A stretch of 55,683 nucleotides of DNA, filler included, from Sphacelaria rigidula (Eukaryota), in the NCBI GenBank assembly GCA_964200075.2. It is 6 parts of 6 records of this genome, joined end to end, with 100 filler letters (N's around TTAATTAATTAA, not from the genome) between each part and the next. Parts side by side here need not be neighbours in the genome. Positions count along the whole stretch, not along the records: positions 18,597 to 27,794 come from CAXNAA020009067.1; positions 27,895 to 37,091 come from CAXNAA020009068.1; 4 more parts are not named here. One strand, given 5' to 3'. Of the stretch, positions 23,101-34,520 are shown piece by piece. The translations under genes were made by a program, and so were the position numbers. How positions within the stretch are numbered: position 1 is the stretch's first letter; each line of letters opens with the position of its first letter. The notes below the pieces were generated by a model. It saw only the letters and a list, made by a program, of their open reading frames with translations. It was not told the DNA's origin and searched no databases.

Positions 23101-25371
23101 AATCGATTCTCTAGCAGTGAATCGGCAGGTACTGCTGTTAGCTGGGCTAGAGATGTGGCGAATAGCAACATTACTGGAACTACTTCAGAAGCGCCATCGG
23201 CAACTGCCAGGATGAGTGAGGAGCAACATGTCGACCCCACTGTGGCAGTCAATGCGAGTCAACCATCTGGTAGCGGACCCACAAATGTTACGGTCGACTG
23301 GTCTCGCACTTTGACGATGGCAGGCATCGCTGGAATGTCGATGGAACAACCGTCGGCATCAGTCAGAGTGAGTAAGGAGCAACGTGCCAACGGCTCCCTT
23401 GCAAGTACTGAGAACCCATCATCCAATAGCGGATCGTCAGATGCTGTTGTTGGCTGGGTAAATGCTTTGGCGAATGGTGACACTGCTGGGGTCGCGATAG
23501 AACCGTCTTCAACAACTGTCGTGAGAAGTGAAGAGCCACGTGTCAACGCCCGTCTGGTGACCGACACGGACCGATCATGTGGCAGCGGATCAGCACGTAC
23601 TACTGTTGACTGGGTCAGTGCTGTGGCGAACGGCGACATTGCTGGGACCTCCATAGAGCCACCATCGGTAACTCTCATGGTGTGTAAGGACCAACGCGTT
23701 GATACCCCTCAGGTTAGTCACGCGAATCGATCACCTGGTAGTGGACCGGCAGATGTTACTGTTGATTGGGCTAGCGCTTTCGCAAAAGGCGACGAGTCGG
23801 GGACCTGGATAGAGCCGCTATTAGCACCGGTCAGGATGAGAGAGGAACCGCGGGTCAACGCCCCTCCGATACTTAATGCGAAGCAATTATCTGGTAGTGA
23901 GTCGTCAGATGCTGCTGTTGGCTGGGTAAACGCTTTGGTGAAAGGTGACATTTCTGGGATTTCGACAGAACTGCCACTGGAAACTACACCTTCGTCACAA
24001 ACACGACGCACCGCCGACAAGATCAACGGCAGTAGCTTGATCTCCACAACTACATCATCTCCTCCACCCGTCGTCCTCAACGTGGCTAGACACAATAAGA
24101 GCGTTTCGCGTAACATCGAGCCGGAGGTAAAATCCGTTGCAAAGACACCAACGCTTCCGCCCGCGCTCCTCACGGACCTCCTCGCTTTCGGCGGTTCCAC
24201 TCTAAAAAAGATAGCCCGAAAACCTCAGAAACCGTCCGTAGAAAATGAAGAACAAGAAAAAAGACTTGCGAACAAGCGCGCCAAGGCGGAGGAAGAAGAG
24301 AGAGCTGAAGAGCTTTCCAAGTTGGAATCCCTCATTTACGCTGAGGGTTTAGACGCCCACCCGATCGAGGGATTGTTGCGACGGGGGGAAGTGTATGGGG
24401 AGGGAAAGCATTCGGTGGTTTATGGCGTCGAGCTAAGGTTTCTAGCGGTAAACGAGCAACACCAGCGGGATAGTCCAACGCCGAAGGTAGAAGACGTTTG
24501 TATGGAGGAATTCGACGCCATGACGACAAAACAGAGTGCGGTGAAGGGACAGGAATTAGTACCGAGGCTGATAGCCGAAACGGTGGTTGCGGATATTATC
24601 AGCACGGCGACCTCGAGAGTGAAGTCGGTGACGATAGGGAAGAGCATCCCTATATTTGAAGCAAGACTTCCTGTATTGGAGGCGAAAAAGGTATTAGTAG
24701 ATAGTGCTGTAGCCACGGTAATGCACGTGATATCTAGAGAGGGAGATCTAGCCGCGGCAACCATAGGTCGCAATGTTCCGAAAGAGTCACCGACAGCAAT
24801 ATCAATGGCTTTTGCAGCGAAGGAGTTTCGATACGTTCGCGCCGAGGCACCGGCGGCGGTACTGCGGAACGCGAGGCGGGAGGCATGCATGCATCTCCGC
24901 GTTAGGAGTTGCGAGCGAGTGATAGCGCTATGCGGAATATGGCTCACCCCGCGCTTGACGTTGTTGCTGGAAGCCATGGATGCAGGGAGTTTTCACCACT
25001 TCATTCGCCGCAGGGCACTCGATCGGGGTGACGACGAGAACGGAAGCGCGGTGCTAGACCAGGAGGGTGGACACAAGGTTCCCTCTCGACGAAAAAGCGC
25101 ACGACGTGTGATGGTCCAACAAACAATGGCGCAGCTTGTTGCGCAGGCCGCTGAAGGGCTTGCTGCGTTACATGGGGCGGGGATTGTCCATCGTGACGTC
25201 AAAAGTCACAATGTGATGATGACGAATTATAACATGCCTTCGTCAGAAATACAGGAACGGCCCCTATGCGAAGCAAAGCTTGGAGACCTTGGAAGCGCCG
25301 CTGTGCTACCTACCGAGGGTGACTCAATGCTAAGGGAGGAAATTGGGACAAGCGGATGGGTCGCGCCTGAG
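20182..25371 (+). CDS. Large TKL-like Ser/Thr protein kinase, exon 1 (low-complexity N-terminus, 12 x 52-aa repeats, WH2-like motif, kinase subdomains I-VIII)
   Basis: 5190-nt open exon. Motifs GEGKHSVVY, FAAK, alphaC RREAC, HRDVKSHN, DLG, GTSGWVAPE, then donor GAG|GTAAGA. Start ATG is inferred; an upstream exon cannot be excluded. Confidence 0.88.
22129..23990 (+). repeat. Coding tandem repeat: 12 diverged units of ~156 bp / 52 aa
   Basis: Approximate consensus SEEQRVNAPL.INAN.SSGSGSADATVDWASALA.GDIAGTSIEPPS.T.R. counted 12 times in the translation. Confidence 0.9.
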
Positions 25372-25937
25372 GTAAGAAATCCATGTTCCCGCACTGTGCG
25401 CTCTAAATAAGCTATTGGCACTTGGGGGTGACATGGTGACGTAGTGTAGTCGCTTCCTCAAGTTCCGGATCGAGCACGAGTCAGATGACAAGTCGAACAG
25501 ACCGAATCAGGGGGAACAGCCGTTGCGACGTCGGTACGACGGCAGCATGCCTTGCTCGGGCGCACTGGGTACCGATCTCTCGTTTTTTTTTCTGCAGAGT
25601 ACATAGCTGGCACAATTGTCCCTAGGGCATAAAGCTGGAATACTCCTTGAAGTCATCAGACGGTAGCACTCACATATTCAACTACGATAGCGTTTGCGGT
25701 TCGTGCAGTGTAAGTGTAATCTAATGTGACTTGACTTGGGGACTCCCCTTTGTCCTTGTGGTACAGCAGGAGGACATCGCTACACCAACCTTGGCGTTGA
25801 CTGCTAAAGCTGCCAATAACTGCCTGACCGATATCTGTGCACACACGGTAAGCCTTTGTGACATTTACTGGACACCTCGACACTACTTCGATTCCTTCAA
25901 CCCCCTGCACATTCGCCTCTTTTTTTTCACATCGCAG

Positions 25938-26237
25938 GTGTTTGGAGATCAAGGTTACGGTACTCCAGCAGACATATTCAGCTTAGGAGTCCTGATATGG
26001 GAGGCTTTTACGGAAGGGACACTGAAAAATCCGCTGTGCGGACTCGTGGGGCAAGCTTGCACGAAGGCATTGAGGGATGGAGTCAGGCCACGTTTGACCC
26101 CAGTTGTGCCGGTTGTGGTGAAGCAGTTGATAGAGCGTTGCTGGGCGTTCGAGCCATCGAATCGGCCAACGGCAGAAGTAGTTGCGGCGGAGCTTCGGGC
26201 CTTTGTGGACGGAGTAGACCCTTTCGATGCAGTATAG
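25938..26237 (+). CDS. Large TKL-like protein kinase, exon 2 (subdomains IX-XI, stop)
   Basis: Polypyrimidine tract plus atcgcag|GTG, phase 0. YGTPADIFSLGVLIWE...GVRP...LIERCWAFEPSNRPTA, TAG at 26235-26237. Confidence 0.9.
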   Translation: MFGDQGYGTPADIFSLGVLIWEAFTEGTLKNPLCGLVGQACTKALRDGVRPRLTPVVPVVVKQLIERCWAFEPSNRPTAEVVAAELRAFVDGVDPFDAV

Positions 26238-27302
26238 TTTGACGTTATTGTGGATGAAGAATTTTCGTTCCTAATTGTCTGTCTGATTATTTCCAGCCGA
26301 GGTCAGGGGTTCCATTTTCCTGTGCAGTAATCTGTCATTATTTATTAGTACCATTTCCAGTACGCTGAGCATCTTCCCGTCATGTTTATAGTGCTCTGGG
26401 GATATATGAACACCGGAAACGATAAACTTGAATAGCGTCTCGTCTGTTGAAGGTGGGTGTGAGTAAGTAAAATGTGGCAATTGTCGTGTACCGTACCGAT
26501 TTTCACGAGCATACATGCCGTATCAAGCATGAGTTGGACAGAGTCGACGAATGTACGTGGCAAACGCGGTCATTGGGTGGTGGTAGTTCGTATGTTATAT
26601 CCCCTTTCCCCCATTTTTGGGCATTAAAGGCGCTAACTAGTCGCAATTCACGGCTCCGCTTAACTTTGATATTTTGTTCTTTGTCTCGAAATTCCTACTC
26701 GAGTAAGGGATATGTCGACCCCATCAGGTTTTGGGGGCGGGATGCATGGCGAAAATTATAACCGAACACATTTTCATCCGAAGCAAAAAGTGACCATGAT
26801 CGTCTAAAAACGGTTCTTCTGAAGTGTTGAGTGTGCGAATACTACCTCATAGACGGAGTAAACTACCGCCAGAGTACGTCGAGGACTCATCACCTCTTCA
26901 CATTGGCGACACTGAGGAATAACTCGGAATGCTTACTGAGCAGAAGGTCGCCGGTCGAACATCGACGCTGATCACCGCGACAAACGAAAACATCGCCCAC
27001 AAGTGAAGCGGGCAGCATGATAGTCGCGAGATACGTAGGGGGCCAGAAACCTGATACTGGGGGAGCAGCAAGCGGATTCACAAGGCCACGATTGTCAAGC
27101 CTTCTACGGAGATTATCGGCGTGGGCACCCAACTCACGCCAACGATGTATAACAACAAGAAGACATGAAAACATCCTCACAGCTATGCGGCGAAACGGAT
27201 ACCGGCCCAGACCACCTCTTCTCGTCACAGAAACACGGGAAGTACTCATAAAGGGAGCGAGGGTGGGGAAGGGGGGCGTGGTGTGGATACTGCCCTATGT
27301 GC

Positions 27303-27649
27303 TGTGTGTGTTGTCGTCTCATCTATCCTGGACGGCGGTCTACGCCTTTCGGTGTATGTGGGCCGGGGTCACACAGGAGTAAGGCCAACACAGGAATATT
27401 TTTATTTTTTTGTCTTGTTTTTGGTACTCCACCTTCCTTCTGCGGTGCTTGCCTTTTATTTTTTTCGCGAGAGGGATTCAGCAGTCCCTTTGCCTCGTCG
27501 ACCGTAAAGTCGAATTTTGTGTACCCACGACACAGTCGCTCTCCACTGTTGGTCATAAGAAATAATCCCACATCGTTCCGGGATTCGAACCCATGGCCCA
27601 ACCGTCAGAAGGTTTCGAGGTTACCAACTGAGCCACCGGGGCGACCGGC
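27303..27649 (-). mobile_element. tRNA-derived SINE, full length
   Basis: Reverse strand GCCCCGGTGGCTCAGTTGGT...CTTCTGA...GGGTTCGAATCCC with intact A and B boxes; same body and (CA)n tail as 3089-3453. Confidence 0.85.
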
Positions 27650-27794
27650 TTACCCTATAAAAAGGGAAAATGGCCACCACAAGCGCCTGTCGAGGACACA
27701 CGACCTCCCCACAACGGGTTGGATATTACTTCCTCTGTCCCATAAGTAAAGTCCGTTATGTTTATACGAGCCCTTAACGGTGTCCGATTTGATT

Positions 27795-27894
27795 NNNNNN
27801 NNNNNNNNNNNNNNNNNNNNNNNNNNNNNNNNNNNNNNTTAATTAATTAANNNNNNNNNNNNNNNNNNNNNNNNNNNNNNNNNNNNNNNNNNNN
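27795..27894. other. Artificial contig-joining spacer
   Basis: N44-TTAATTAATTAA-N44. Confidence 0.97.
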
Positions 27895-27965
27895 GTGTTT
27901 CTTCGTTAAGGGTTTATGTTTTTGTTGGTTCGTTGGGTTATTCCGTTGGGGAGCCGCGGCGTTGG

Positions 27966-27999
<34 letters not shown>

Positions 28000-28521
28000 G
28001 TGAACAGAGCAAAGGCGGGGCCAAAAAACTCGTAAAAAATCACAAAGTTACTTGGGGCTTGGTGCGGTGTGAATATCGTTGGGTGGTGATACTTCAGAGA
28101 CCCTGGGAATACTCAATATTTCCGGTAGTCGATGCCCTGGATTTTTACTCCGTATCATCGATCGTGGGGTACTTGGTGCCACCTAACCGCTGGAAGCCCA
28201 GGATATCTGTCGTTTCGGTACCCTATTCTACAACACGTGAGCAAGCTCTTCTACTTCTTCACGTGCAGTATGTCCTTGCGTGTCAACTACCGGCCGGCAT
28301 AAATGTACCCCCATGGGTAGCATAGCAGAACCTACCCCCCGAAAAGACCAGCTACACACCACATTTGGGCAGATCCGCCGGCTCAACTTGCACATTTGTT
28401 TTATCCAACCGCGCACTAGAAAGTCGATACACAGCGCGCCCAGCACACGGCACGACAAGCACACGCACAGTACTATAGCCCACACAGATATGCACAGACG
28501 AATCACCACCAGCCAGAATCA

Positions 28522-28523
<2 letters not shown>

Positions 28524-28556
<33 letters not shown>
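28524..28556 (+). repeat. (CAG)n microsatellite, non-coding
   Basis: About 11 perfect CAG units. Confidence 0.9.
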
Positions 28557-28558
<2 letters not shown>

Positions 28559-28912
28559 TTCAACCTATCGCACACGCTTAGCAGGCAGCCGACCAGCTAC
28601 TTTCGTACATATTTTTTTGGGTTTGGTTGATATATACTCCACAGACAATACCTTACCCCGGCATCATACGCAATGCAGACAGCAGTGACAGTACGGTGCG
28701 GCATTGTAAATAATGTGTTGACTGTAGCGTGTGCTATACTGAAATCCCTGATCACTACTACCTCTACCGTCGGCATGGATGTTGCGCTGGGGCCGTGGTA
28801 TGGGCGTCCAAGACTGCTGATGTTCCCCGCTGTCGGTGTTTATGCAACCTCGCCAGTCCCCATATACACCTATGATGTGTGTGGGTGTGGGTGGGTGGAG
28901 GGGTGAAAGGAT

Positions 28913-29046
28913 GGTGGGGGGTGTACTCATGATCATACATGCCATAATCGTAAGACCATTGACCTCGCATCCTTACAAGGCCGGGACGGAGCATGCAGGG
29001 TTTTCGCCGGACCAGGGGGCAGGGGCGGGGGGGGAGTGCTCATGAT
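28913..29046 (-). mobile_element. Second, related LINE-type 3' end (further copies at ~48577-48630 and ~54495-54597)
   Basis: Reverse strand gctccgtcccgg...gatgcgaggtcaatggtcttacgattatggcatgtatgatcatgagtacaCCCCCC. Same skeleton as the family-1 3' UTR and near-identical to 54507-54577. Confidence 0.6.
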
Positions 29047-29232
29047 GTGTGGGAGGGGGGGCTTGAAATGAAGACACATATACGTATGTACTTCATGTCT
29101 CAAGAAAAAAAGCGCATCCCAACATACCTTTTTGTCGCTGATGTTCATGATAGCATAGAGATGTTCTTGTGCATATCTGATAGATGTTCGCCTGCCCTCC
29201 CCCCCTCCCCGCCTTTCTTGTTGCTGTGGCAG

Positions 29233-29383
29233 AACCGGTAGCCTTGGGTCGACGAAAGATACCCTGCGTACGCTGGAGCCTCTGGATGTGCGAGCGTTGT
29301 CGTTTGTGTGCTGTACCCTGGCGGGGTTGCCGTATGAGGTGCAAGAGGAGCCGCTTTTTATCGTGGACTATATCAACCGCCAG
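29233..29383 (+). CDS. NIPBL: Cohesin loader Nipped-B-like/Scc2, C-terminal region exon
   Basis: gtggcag|A ... CAG|GTATGC. Translates LSFVCCTLAGLPYEVQEEPLFIVDYINRQ, matching the Nipped-B_C motif LA.(F/L)PY..QEEPLFI. This frame is absent from the ORF track. Confidence 0.85.
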
Positions 29384-30032
29384 GTATGCACGGTATTGCC
29401 CGATAGTTGAAAATCCGCACGTGCGACTGGATATTATGAAACACTCATTGGTCACTACAGCAGTAGGAATCTTTTCTATCTGTGCTGCACAGAGCATTCT
29501 GCTCAGTGCACACACACGCATGCACACCCCTCCCCAAATTGCTGTATGTCAAGCTGTGGTTCACGTTTTTTTCATTTTCCGTTAGGAACTCGTCTATTTT
29601 CAGCCGTAACCGTTGTGACTTTCATCAACCGCGAAAACTCTTTCCAGGCGTTCAACCAAACCAAATTACGGCTGTCGGAGGGCCAGAGGATCATCCAATG
29701 AGCAGGACCGATTCACGCCATTTATACACGCATGTGGCAAATAAAGTTTGGAACGGAAGCTCTATCACTAATTACATGTGAACTTGTTTGTGTGTTGACA
29801 AGAATGCGTAAGAGAATAGCTGTAGAAGAGTATCTTTGTTGGGCCCTGGCGAAGCAAACTGCAAGACTCGGACCAAGAAAAAAGAAACCCGGGTAAAATC
29901 AAATCGGTCTGCACTTCGTCACAGCCAGCTCCTGTTTATCTAGGTTAGTTTCTACTACATAATTCAATTGTGTACCATGCGGTACACGGTTCACCTTGTT
30001 CTTGCTCGGAAGTTCTCATCTTGCCCTCGCCC

Positions 30033-30117
30033 CCCCGCTCCGTCTCGAAAGGCATGCTTGATCAATGGTACAACGACTAAGGCAAGCAACAAATGAATAC
30101 GCCCCCCCCCCCCCCCA
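30033..30117 (+). mobile_element. Very short LINE 3'-UTR insertion with C-run tail
   Basis: gctccgtctcgaaagg...caatggt...gactaaggcaagcaacaaatgaatacgCCCCCCCC matches 4142-4213. Confidence 0.7.
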
Positions 30118-30146
30118 CCACCACCACCACCACCACCACCACCACC
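30115..30146 (+). repeat. (CCA)n microsatellite abutting a LINE poly(C) end
   Basis: About 10 CCA units directly after the C-run. Confidence 0.85.
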
Positions 30147-30244
30147 TCTGGATCTTTTCCATGCGTGTTTCGTTTTACCCTGACACACCTTTCACTGTTC
30201 TCCGGGATTTCTTGCCTTTGCGCTTGTGTAACCCTGTTGCACAG

Positions 30245-30302
30245 ATGTCTCTGCACGGAAGCCAGTGCCTGGAGCTGCTGCACACTCTGTTCACTAGGAA
30301 CG
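30245..30302 (+). CDS. NIPBL: NIPBL/Scc2 exon
   Basis: ttgcacag|ATG ... AAC G|GTGAGA. MSLHGSQCLELLHTLF continues the helix after the EEPLF motif; phase 0-1. Confidence 0.78.
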
Positions 30303-32244
30303 GTGAGATGATTACGTCTTTGAGATGCTACACTGTACGAGAGGGCGCCCTGTTTTGCTAGACCGGAGAGTTTCACGCGGGTCAAGATAGTGCACTTTTG
30401 CTTCAATCTCGACGCCCCGAAGGGGGAAACGTTTCGCCTCTCGAAACTAAACTTATGCCGCTGTGTGGATGGATGGATGATGACAACGGTTTCCCCCCGA
30501 ACTACAGCCTTCGGCGGTACAGTCGCCACAGTTTCCGCGACCATTACCGCTGATGAGCATGTTATGACCTCTCGTGATGTGTTTCGCCGCCCAGGGGAAG
30601 ATGTAGGCTGCTTGAGAGGAGCATGCTCACGTGGTGCAAAAAGCTGTACATCGAGTCTGTGTTTCATCGCGTGGCCATCATCGTGCTTCCCGCGTGCAGT
30701 TCGTCATGGTCGGTTTAATTTTCTCGATGCCGGCCTCATATTGTAGCTAGCCTCTGTGGCACACACTATTCTCGCTCTTGGACAAACACAAACTGCATTA
30801 CGCGGTTCCGCATAAAGTATGAACAGAGGGGTCATACGTGGTGAGATTGGCGCTTGACCGTTGAACACCGGTGTGATTTCCCCGTGCATTGCATATAACA
30901 CCCTCCCCTAAATACCCACTCCGAGCGGTGAACATTAGGCTGTTTGCTTTCACTATATTGGTGCCTATAGTACGAAAAAAATGCGTTCTTCACCGCACCC
31001 CCTATACGAGTCGCTCCCGGGTGATGGGTGTTCGGGTCCCGACAATGTTGTCACTTCGGGACGTGCTCACGCCGCACATGGATATGGATAGAGGGCGACA
31101 CATACATTAGCGGGTATGGCCATGCGGGTTCTTGTGTATGACCCTCACAGCTAGCATGGTCTTTTTAGACGAGCTTAAGCGCGTCCAAAACGACCCCTTA
31201 GACGTCTTGGTTCACCGGGCGGGGCGAAGGTTTGAAGCAGCGCAGGCGAAAACGCTTGAGGTTCAAACGCTCGTTAGTCGCACGTTTGTGTCGCCGTTTT
31301 ACGTCTCGGGCGTCTAAGAAACATCTCAGGACGTGTAAAAAGCGTACAATGACGTCTAAGAAACTTTTAGGATAAAGGAACGTGTAGGAATGACTGAGAA
31401 CGTCTCAGGACCTTCCAAAAGGTGTAAGTACCTCTGTCACATCCTTAGCAGCGTAGGAACTGTGTGGATTGGATCGAAAACGACTTGGAACGAGTACCAT
31501 GCCATATCTGCAGTGACTTCATGAAGCTCATCAAGGGGCCCTACCAACTGCAGGCTGTGAATTACCCCCCACCCCCCACCCCCCCCAAGTTGGGAGAAAC
31601 CTCACTATGTGCGAGGCTGAGGAAAGAGGGGAGGGAGGGTACCCCTATTTTGACGTGGGGGCACCCCTCAGATACCATAGACGATGGCGATGCTAGTACG
31701 GTAGAATAGCAACAATACTGTCGAGGTCCCACAAAAAGTTCCGGTCATTTAACGTTCTCAACCCACCGCACTTAATTATGGTGGGACCCCCTCCCACTGC
31801 GCGTGTGTACTGCACTGTATGGGGGGGAATGAGGGCCGATTCGGGACACCAAAGTTCGGGAAAGTGTGCATCGACACCTGTCTACAGAAAAAATGAAACC
31901 TGGACGAGCCAATCAGTGTCAATCACACGTACACGCGTCACATCAAAATAACGACCTGGCCCATTTAAAACGTACTGTAAAGATAGTACGTTTCTATGCA
32001 AAGCCGATGATTGACCTTGTTGTACATCTGTACACAGGAGCACAAGAAGATGAGGACAGGAGCTGCTGCTCCTGGTGTTGTTGTGCCCCACTTGTTGCAT
32101 TAGCGTACTACTGCTGCTGTTTGTTGCTGCAGCACTCGAGAAGCACACGCCCGCGAGCTACCACATCATGCTCACCGCCCTTTCGAACATCACGAGATAA
32201 TAGTACGAGCAGCAGCAGTCGTAGTGGCCGCCACACACCAGAAG

Positions 32245-32512
32245 CAGGAAACGTTTCACGGTTCGGACGGATTATCGCCGGTTCGAGCCACCAAAACCAC
32301 GATTTTTCAGGCCTGATTATTCGAAAGTGGGGGGAAAAGTCGACCGGTGGTCAGAAAGGTTCCCACGCAACTTTGGCGCCCTTCCGCGTGCCTGGGCTGC
32401 GCGTACCTGGGTCCCAACGCTGAAAACATAGCCCAAGGATTGATTCGTACGGTACAAATCAATCACACCTAAATCAAGTAATTCACAGACGAATCATTCA
32501 TTCGTCCGACCC
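32245..32512 (-). repeat. Interspersed double-hairpin repeat family, copy 2 (in NIPBL intron)
   Basis: Reverse complement of 15890-16150 and 49804-50068. Confidence 0.78.
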
Positions 32513-34389
32513 GTGAAACGTTTCCCTGGCATACTGCTAGTACCGCCAAGATGCTGCTGGTACCCAACCCAAAAGTTACCATCTTTCACCTCGGATTTCT
32601 CGGCAACAAAGCAGATGATTGGACTGCGGTTTCTTGCGCACGCTTCACACACACCGGAACTAGGGAATCATGGAATAACTTGGCTTGACGCTTTCCATAA
32701 ACGTAGCATCAAACCAACTTAAACTCCAGAAGGCTGTTTTTTGCTATTTGGGGGGCTTTGGGGGTCCGCTCCGGTGACTTGAGTATCTTTATCGTACGGT
32801 CACCTAGCTTTTGTGTATGTGCGGGGGGTTGTGAAGGGCCACAGGCTGGCTTGCTTCCTGTGCGAAGAAAAACGCGATGAAAGTACTGGACTGTCGTAGA
32901 CTGTTGTATAGTAAAACCAAGTAATTAGGGACGAAGCGTGTGTCCTCTTCGAGACAGCTCGGAACAGCTGATGATGTGTTCATTATTCCTCGGCGTTTCT
33001 TCTCTTCTTTTTTCCCCGCGTGGGTTTTTTGGTCGTTATGGCCCTCATTCGCCACCATAACTGTACTGTACCGACCGTACAGTTGAAACAGCACTGTGCA
33101 GTACAGTACGGTGGGTAGTACGACTACTTTGAGGGGTGCTTCGGGCCATGATCTGTTTGTGGTTTGTACGGTAATTTGTATGTACAGCAGGTGATTGACA
33201 CTTGTGACATTGTCACAGCTTCCCCAGTCACGAGGCCACTAGAAGGTTATATTCCGCCGGCCGCAGAGAGCAGGTGCAAAACCTCTTCGGTCTTGAGCTG
33301 CTCACATGGAGGTGAACCCTGACTGCTGAAGACACATACAGGCTCATCCACGAAAAGCCGATACGGCTTGTCTAGCGCGTGCATTCAGATCACGAGTAGG
33401 TAGTACTGGAGTCTTCCCAACGGTCGCTGACCGGCCCTGATTGTTCACACGTCCCTAGACGCGCCCTGCAGCCGTGATGTAACGCACCTAGACTTTTCCC
33501 GAGACACGCGTCGACGCGATTTGACCTATTTCGATGCGCGGTACCTCAAGAGAGAGCGATTAAGACTTTGATGCAGAGGCGTCCAAGAAGGTTGCGGCAA
33601 GCTCACGGTACCCTTTTCAATACTGGCCCTCGTCTTCTCGGTAGCCGGCTTGACCCCGGCGCCGTGCGCAGTATTCCCTCTCAATACGGGTTGATGGGTT
33701 CCCGAGACTCCCTTCTTTCGGTTGATGAACGTCTTGGTATGTTCACGTATGCGTGTTCGAAGTGCGCGTACGCTGCAGCTGCGTTGTAGTCGTTGCTCTA
33801 CGTAGTAGGCTTAATATGGCATACGATCTCTCTGCTCCGGAACAACGCGAAATGTCACATGCTCTCATGAAGCGATTGCAACAGTTTTTTCGGTGCTGCC
33901 GTCGTGAGGTGACGTGTAGAAGAAAACCGGAGCATTTCCCTTCTTTTTTTTCAGAATAAAAGCTCCCGCAAAACTTTCAAGTAGGTCTATACTCGTCGTT
34001 CATTTCATGCGCGACTATGATCAGCTCCGATTTCGTTTGTAAGGGGGCCTAACTCGTCAGACATTTCACGCTGAACACCTTTGATTGTTTTCACCACTCG
34101 TCGTACTTTCATTGCCCACTTCCCCGGTGCTCTGCATGGACCCGTAGTCTCGGGTGGATCCATCAGCTCCATCTCTCTCACCTACACCTTTTCAGCGTTG
34201 GATCAGCCCCCCCCCCTCCTCAGCCAGTCGACCTCCCTTGAATTGTGTAACCCCCCTGTCTCACGTTCTACATCACATTTTTTTGTTCTGCCTTCTGAGA
34301 TATTGTATTTGTGGTCATGTCATGTCATGGATCGCGTTTCTGTTGGGATTCACTCGTTCACAACGCCCTCATACGACTCTGCCGTGCAG

Positions 34390-34520
34390 GTGTCCAGACA
34401 CCACCCCCGGACAGCGAGGAAATGGACGATGACTGCGACGAAGAAATTGGCAAGGGTGAACGCAGCAGCACCACTTCCTCTGGCACCACCGTCCATGCCG
34501 ATGTGGCCACCAACCAAGAA
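34390..34520 (+). CDS. NIPBL: NIPBL/Scc2 exon (acidic linker)
   Basis: gtgcag|GT ... GAA|GTGCGC, phase 1-0, matching the previous exon. Encodes VQTPPPDSEEMDDDCDEEIGK, an acidic linker at the expected position. Confidence 0.68.

Noticed and set aside
22002-24977. Long antisense ORFs (416, 139, 160, 185 aa)
   Set aside because: Reverse-strand shadows of the kinase exon and its repeats; no independent motifs.
27575-27649. tRNA-Arg gene
   Set aside because: D-arm and acceptor pairing are broken, and it is fused to a repeated SINE body.
31280-31430. Short degenerate ACGTCT-rich minisatellite (similar patches at 46795-46885 and 6470-6545)
   Set aside because: Too short and irregular to assign beyond low-complexity repeat remnants.
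33240-33960. Extra NIPBL exon or retroelement remnant in the large intron
   Set aside because: No splice sites fit the required phase 1-1; any retroelement similarity is too faint to call by eye.
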